A DNA stretch of 64,000 nucleotides from Candidatus Multivoradales bacterium. Lineage in GTDB: Bacteria; Acidobacteriota; Thermoanaerobaculia; Multivoradales; Multivoraceae. The stretch covers positions 3,840,001 to 3,904,000 of the forward strand of contig CBDCWI010000002.1 in assembly GCA_965223325.1 (NCBI GenBank). The letters run 5' to 3'. The position numbers were made by a program, and so were the translations under genes. Positions 57,354-64,000 of this stretch are shown piece by piece; the stretch's first letter is position 1; each line of letters opens with the position of its first letter. Under the pieces are notes generated by a model. It made no database searches, was not told the DNA's origin, and saw only the letters and a program-made list of their open reading frames with translations.

Positions 57354-57886
57354 GAGGCCGTCTCCTTTCGCACCTGCTCGCGGTAGGCGGCGAGGTCATC
57401 GTCCGTATCGACGTTACCCTCCGGTTGCCGCACGTCCTTTCGCAGCCACAGAACGAGAAACAGGGTGCCAAGTGCAAGACCGACGAACGGTGCGATCCAG
57501 ACGAGCAGGTTGAAGCCGCGCTTGGTGGGCTCGAGGCGAACAAACTCGCCGTAGGTGCCCTCGAAGTAGGCGATCACTTGCGCTTCGCTGTAGCCGCGGC
57601 CCAGCAGCTCGCGGACCTCGGCGACCATCGCAATGGCGCTCGGTGAGGGTGAGTCCTGGATCGAGAGCCCCTGGCAGACGGGGCAGCGTACGTCGCCCGA
57701 GACGCGCGCCGTCGCCTCCTCGAGCAGCTCACCCGCGAGAGGTTCGCCCAGCGGCGCACCGATGACTTCGGCCGGGTCAACGCCCAGCTCGAGAGGCGGG
57801 GCCACCTCGTCGACTCCTTGAGCTGAGAGTATGGATGGCAGCACGAGACCGCCTCCCACCAGCAAGAGGGTGAGCAGCTTCTTCAC
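57350..57886 (-). CDS. ccmH: Cytochrome c maturation protein CcmH
   Basis: VRCPVCQG.SI.DS, YGEFVRLEP, LLVW.AP. Confidence 0.93.
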   Translation of the reverse strand: MKKLLTLLLVGGGLVLPSILSAQGVDEVAPPLELGVDPAEVIGAPLGEPLAGELLEEATARVSGDVRCPVCQGLSIQDSPSPSAIAMVAEVRELLGRGYSEAQVIAYFEGTYGEFVRLEPTKRGFNLLVWIAPFVGLALGTLFLVLWLRKDVRQPEGNVDTDDDLAAYREQVRKETAS

Positions 57887-58401
57887 AGCATCTCCTCGAG
57901 GCGGCGCTGCATCACCTCGCCAGACACGGCGCCGATCACCTTGTCGACGATCACGCCGTCTTTGCCGATGAAGTAGGTCTCGGGTGGACCATAGACGCCG
58001 TAGGCCACTGCGACCTCTCCTTCGGTGTCAACGAGTGCCGGCCCCCACGAGCCCCGCTGGCGTTCGAACTCTTCAATCAGCGCCGGGTCGTCCTGGTAGA
58101 TGATGCCAAGGAACTGAACGTCGTCGCCGTAGTGTTCCGAAGCCGCCATGAAGAGTGGATGTTCCTCCCAGCAAGGAGCGCAATAGGTTGCCCAGAAATT
58201 GATCACCACTGGCTTCCCGCGCAGGTCGCGGAGGCTCCAGACGCGGCCGTCGGTGTCGGCAAGCACAAAGCTGGGTGCCGGTTTCCCCACCAGGGGCGAG
58301 AAGAACTCGGTCGCGGGGTCGTCGTTCTCGAACCCGACGCGCAGCACCAGAAGAAGCGGCACGAGCAAGAGGAGGCCGATGATGAGAACGGTTCGGTTCA
58401 T
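57883..58401 (-). CDS. ccmG: CcmG/TlpA thiol-disulfide oxidoreductase
   Basis: INFWATYCAPC, YGVYGPPETYFI; position in the operon. Confidence 0.88.
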   Translation of the reverse strand: MNRTVLIIGLLLLVPLLLVLRVGFENDDPATEFFSPLVGKPAPSFVLADTDGRVWSLRDLRGKPVVINFWATYCAPCWEEHPLFMAASEHYGDDVQFLGIIYQDDPALIEEFERQRGSWGPALVDTEGEVAVAYGVYGPPETYFIGKDGVIVDKVIGAVSGEVMQRRLEEML

Positions 58402-58408
58402 GTTCCCC

Positions 58409-60409
<2,001 letters not shown>

Positions 60410-60432
60410 GCGAGGGGTCCTGAGTCTCCCCG

Positions 60433-60897
60433 TCAGGTGTCGTTGGACTCGAACTGCAGCGTTTTCATGATCTCGTCCATGCTGCGGTCGTCTTCGACGT
60501 CGGGGGCTTGGTATTCGTTGTCGTGCTTGACCATCAGGCGATTGGTTTCGAAGGTTCCAGAGCGCGCCATGGTGCCCTCGAGGACAACGCCGATGCCTTC
60601 GCGGAACATGGCAGGTGGAACGGTCTCGGCGTGGACGGGAATCGAGGTCTCGCCGTCGGTCACCCGGAAGTTGAGCGTCAGACCGTCACGGCCGCGTTCG
60701 ATGGTGCCTTCCTCGACCAATCCACCGAGGCGGATGCTCGCCGAATAGGCATCGTCGCCGGCAGCCTGGAGCTCGGTCGGGCTCCAGTAGTAGACGAGGT
60801 TCTCACCGAGGTCTCCGAAAGCCAGAAACGCGAAAGCGCCTCCCGCGATCACGACGGCTACCGCAAGCAGAGCACGTCGTCTGGTCACATCGTTCAT
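60433..60897 (-). CDS. ccmE: Heme chaperone CcmE
   Basis: NLVYY, RLGGLV, P.MFREG.GVV.EG, KHDNEY (HxxxY). Confidence 0.95.
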   Translation of the reverse strand: MNDVTRRRALLAVAVVIAGGAFAFLAFGDLGENLVYYWSPTELQAAGDDAYSASIRLGGLVEEGTIERGRDGLTLNFRVTDGETSIPVHAETVPPAMFREGIGVVLEGTMARSGTFETNRLMVKHDNEYQAPDVEDDRSMDEIMKTLQFESNDT

Positions 60898-60993
60898 CTA
60901 GAGCTCCTGGCTGGCGAGGTCGTGTTTGGCTTCGAGTGCGTCTCCGGAGCTGTGCCCCGCGAGAACTAGCATGGCTTGAAGGCTGCCTTCGGC

Positions 60994-61149
60994 TCAATGG
61001 GCGTCGTTGGCTTCGTCGCGTTGTCGCGCACGCCAGAGGAGCGAAGCGACGTAGAGAGCGAGGCCGACCGCGAGCACGGCGTAGGCAGCGATGACGTAGT
61101 TCCAGCCACCAATGATAACGCCTTCGGGCATCACACCGACTTCCTGCAT
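60994..61149 (-). CDS. ccmD: CcmD-like small membrane protein, 51 aa, not in the ORF track
   Basis: SD CAGGAG; MQEVGVMPEGVIIGGWNYVIAAYAVLAVGLALYVASLLWRARQRDEANDAH with YV..AY motif, TM helix and charged tail; lies between ccmC and ccmE. Confidence 0.75.
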   Translation of the reverse strand: MQEVGVMPEGVIIGGWNYVIAAYAVLAVGLALYVASLLWRARQRDEANDAH

Positions 61150-61174
61150 GGCTCAGTCTCCTGGGGGATTGCCG

Positions 61175-61876
61175 CTAGGCGGGTTGGGCGTCGCCGTCGG
61201 CGACAGTGGCTTGGACGCGCGCCGGTGGGGCGGTTTCCTCGGCCGCCATCCGACGCCGCTCGAGCATGGCGCGCATGGCGATACACCAGATGGCGATGAA
61301 CAAAACGGCGAAAGCGTTGATGCGCAACGGTCCCACCATGCTCGAAGATACCGTGTCGGGTGACGACTGCAGTTGGTGCAGACTCCGCCACCAACGCACG
61401 CAGAAATAGATCAGTGGGATGTCGACCCAGGCCACGATGACGGCTACCGCACTCCAGGTCGCACGCTGGGCCGGGTCGGAGAGAAAGGCGCGTAGCGCCA
61501 GGACGCCGGCGTACAGCAGTACCCCGATGAGAGTCGTCGTCAGACGCACATCCCAGTCCCACCAGATTCCCCAGGTCGGTCTCGCCCAGATCATGCCGGT
61601 TGGCAGGAGGATCAGACCAAGCGCGATTCCGGTTTCGATCGCGCCGACCATGCGGGCGTCGTGCTTGCGGTCTCCGGTCCACAGAGACAAAACGGCGAAG
61701 CCGAAGGCAAACGTCATGATGAGTAACGTGTTCCAGGCGATCGGAACGTGCGCGTAGAGAATGCGGGAGACGTCGCCCATGTGGCGTTCGGGCGGCGAGT
61801 AGAAGAGGCCCATGCCGCTGCCGATCAGCAGTAGCAAAAGCCCTAGGAGGCCGAGGAAATGGATCGATCTGCTCAT
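61175..61876 (-). CDS. ccmC: Heme exporter protein CcmC
   Basis: RILYAHVP, TGMIWARPTWGIWWDWDVRLT (WWD motif), WWRSLHQ. Confidence 0.95.
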   Translation of the reverse strand: MSRSIHFLGLLGLLLLLIGSGMGLFYSPPERHMGDVSRILYAHVPIAWNTLLIMTFAFGFAVLSLWTGDRKHDARMVGAIETGIALGLILLPTGMIWARPTWGIWWDWDVRLTTTLIGVLLYAGVLALRAFLSDPAQRATWSAVAVIVAWVDIPLIYFCVRWWRSLHQLQSSPDTVSSSMVGPLRINAFAVLFIAIWCIAMRAMLERRRMAAEETAPPARVQATVADGDAQPA

Positions 61877-62020
61877 GTCAGCTCAGTCGCTTCCAATGGT
61901 TCTTACCTTTGAGGGTTCTCGTGGATGGGAAGCAAGAGAGAGTCTGGCAGAAAGACGGCCGAAAAGTCTCGCCTGCCCCTCGATGCGGTGCCTGTGGCAA
62001 CCACCTGGTCTCGCTCCGCG

Positions 62021-62728
62021 CTACAGGCCCTGGTCGTCGATGTAGGGGTAGAGCACGCCCCCCAGACACCAGTAGATGACGGCGAAGAGAAACAGCAGCA
62101 TGCTCCAGGAGGAGAGCTGGCCCATTGCGTCCACCGAGAGCGCCAGGGATGACGCTTTGGCCATTGCACCGAGGACCGGGATGACCAGCGGAAAAAGCAG
62201 GAGCGGCAGCAGCACGTCCTGGCTCTTGAGGCGGCTGGTCATCGCCGCGTAGAGGGTGCCGGGGGCCGAGAGCCCGGCAGCGGCGAGGGTCCACAGCCCC
62301 CAAAGCTGCAAGATACCCATAAGGTCGGTGTCGACGGCATAGAGGATTGGCACCAGGGGCAGGAGGATCGGCCCCAGAACCGTCAAGAAGATGGTGTTGC
62401 TGATCGCCTTGGCGTAGTAGAGGGCGGCCGGGTCGATGGGCAAGAGGGCCAACCCTTCGAGCCCGCGGTCGATCTGCTCGATGCGAAAACTCTCGGTCAG
62501 CGCGAGGGTCGAGCTGAGCAGGAGAGCGAGCGTCAGAAAACCGCCGGCGCCCTCTCTCATCACCTCGGTATCTGGTCCGACGGCGAACGAGAACAGGATC
62601 AGGGTCACGATGCCGAACATCACCACCGCGACCAGCCGCGATCGACCCCGCCACTCGAGCCGTAGGTCGCGAAGCAGCAGGGTCCTGATCTGCGACAGGA
62701 AGGGGGTCTGGCCCGGGTTGGCGCTCAC
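62021..62728 (-). CDS. ccmB: Heme exporter protein CcmB
   Basis: RDLRLEWR, F..E...LEGL, LLPLLLFPLVIP. Confidence 0.92.
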   Translation of the reverse strand: MSANPGQTPFLSQIRTLLLRDLRLEWRGRSRLVAVVMFGIVTLILFSFAVGPDTEVMREGAGGFLTLALLLSSTLALTESFRIEQIDRGLEGLALLPIDPAALYYAKAISNTIFLTVLGPILLPLVPILYAVDTDLMGILQLWGLWTLAAAGLSAPGTLYAAMTSRLKSQDVLLPLLLFPLVIPVLGAMAKASSLALSVDAMGQLSSWSMLLFLFAVIYWCLGGVLYPYIDDQGL

Positions 62729-63450
62729 CTCAGCCTCTCGATCGGTAGTTGTGCGGCGGGTCCGCTCCAGACCAGTTGGCCACGCTCGAGAATCAGGCCG
62801 CGGTCGGCGTGCCGCCTACTGCGTTCGAGGGCGTGGCTCGCGATGATGACGGTCATGGCGCGGGCCCGGAAGCCCTCGATCCAGGTCTCGATGAGTTCCT
62901 GGCCGGCCGGGTCGAGTGCCGCAAACGGCTCGTCGAGCAGCACCAGACGTGGTTCTTCGAGCCGCGTGCGCAAGAGCGTCAGGCGTTTCTTCATTCCGGC
63001 CGAGAAACCGCCAACCCGTGCCGCGTGCCGGTCGGCCAGACCGACCTCGTCGAGCAGCGAGACCAGCGATTGCTCGCTGTCGTGACGGCCTAAGAGACGA
63101 CTCCACTGCGCGAGGGTTTCGAGTGCGGTCAGGCGTGGATAGAGGTAGCTCTCGTGAGAAACCAGAGTGAGCTGCCTTCGCACGGCGCGCTGTTCCTTGA
63201 TCGGGTCATGGCCGAACACCTCGAGAGAGCCGCTCGAGGGAGGCTGCAGGCCGGCGAGCAGGCGCAGCAGCGTGGTCTTGCCCGATCCGTTGGCTCCGGC
63301 CAATAGAACCGCCTCGCCCGCGCGGACTTCGAGATCGAGGTGGGCGAGCGCCCAGTGGCGCCCGAAGCGCCGGCCCAGACCCTCGGTGCGAAGGGCGGAC
63401 ACGCTTTTGTTTGCCTCATTCTGGTCGGCCTCGTCGGCGTTCCTGGTCAT
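62725..63450 (-). CDS. ccmA: Heme exporter ATP-binding protein CcmA
   Basis: GANGSGKTT, FSAGMKKR, LLDEPFAALD. Confidence 0.92.
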   Translation of the reverse strand: MTRNADEADQNEANKSVSALRTEGLGRRFGRHWALAHLDLEVRAGEAVLLAGANGSGKTTLLRLLAGLQPPSSGSLEVFGHDPIKEQRAVRRQLTLVSHESYLYPRLTALETLAQWSRLLGRHDSEQSLVSLLDEVGLADRHAARVGGFSAGMKKRLTLLRTRLEEPRLVLLDEPFAALDPAGQELIETWIEGFRARAMTVIIASHALERSRRHADRGLILERGQLVWSGPAAQLPIERLR

Positions 63451-63586
63451 GGGCGTATTGGATCACGGCAGACCGGCCACCTGTGGCCTTTTGATCGCTC
63501 TCACTCTCTGGTTTGCGGCCCTGGTTGCCACATCTCGACCATCGTCTAGTGACCTGGGGGCCACCGTTGCGTGTTAAACGTGTCTC

Positions 63587-64000
63587 ATGAAGAAGTTCTT
63601 CGAGTGGGAAGCTGCATCCTTGCAACTGATGGCGCGCTGCTTGTCGATGGCACTCGCAGTCGGTGGAGTCTTCCTGCTCGGCGGTTGTGCAACGACCGGC
63701 ACCGCATCGATCGACCCGGACCCGCGCCCCGATCGGGGAGCTGGCCAGGTCCCTGATGCTGTGCAACCGGCGTTGCCGGTCCGCGAACATGAGCTCCTCT
63801 TGATGCTCGAAGACCGCCGGCTGTACGAGGCCTTCGCCGTCAACACAGCGCTGGCGGGTGAGCCCCCGCTTCGGTCACGCCTCGCCCTGGCTCTGGGACG
63901 GGCCGGTGACCCAGCCGCGGTTCCCGTTCTCGAGGAGCTGGTGCGCGACCCCAACCCGGCTGTGCGTCGCTCTGCGGCTTTCGGGTTGGCCACTGCGGCG
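63587..64000 (+). CDS. HEAT-repeat lipoprotein, 3'-truncated by window edge
   Basis: ATG 63587, frame open to the end; lipobox LGGC; ALALGRAGDPAAVPVLEELVRDPNPAVRRSAAFGL HEAT repeat. Confidence 0.75.
   Translation, partial: MKKFFEWEAASLQLMARCLSMALAVGGVFLLGGCATTGTASIDPDPRPDRGAGQVPDAVQPALPVREHELLLMLEDRRLYEAFAVNTALAGEPPLRSRLALALGRAGDPAAVPVLEELVRDPNPAVRRSAAFGLATAA

Overview
GC-rich bacterial chromosomal window, densely coding and mostly housekeeping. An Acidobacteriota (Thermoanaerobaculia-like) origin is an inference from gene content and order. In order: (i) a + strand run (1-14964) with an asparagine-synthase-like PP-loop protein (5'-truncated), a RaSEA/TIGR01210-like radical SAM enzyme, a flavin-dependent halogenase-family protein, modABC, a 98-bp tandem repeat built from the tmk 5' end, tmk, holB, a DsbA-type lipoprotein, a PLP aromatic amino acid decarboxylase, an iodotyrosine deiodinase-like flavoprotein, an ArnT-like glycosyltransferase, manC and trmB; (ii) an HD phosphohydrolase, a Lon-N domain protein, two DUF1579-like proteins, a CadC-type regulator and a cusCBA-type Cu/Ag RND efflux system; (iii) lolA-like, tgt, yajC, secD, secF and rel; (iv) pilMNOPQ followed by three lipoproteins (two clearly Ig-fold), a TPR protein, a roadblock (MglC-like) protein, accB, accC, thiE, aroK, a metallophosphoesterase and a Tat-exported GMC dehydrogenase pair; (v) a complete ccmABCDEFGHI operon on the - strand and a truncated HEAT-repeat lipoprotein. 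I found no rRNA, tRNA, CRISPR array or transposase. The best candidates for undescribed biology are the amide-ligase/radical SAM/halogenase cluster with a nearby decarboxylase-dehalogenase pair, the chain of translationally coupled mini-ORF repeats feeding tmk, a ComEA-like helix-hairpin-helix insertion in SecF, and the lipoproteins and MglC-like gene linked to pilQ. All family calls rest on motif recognition by eye; no searches were run.
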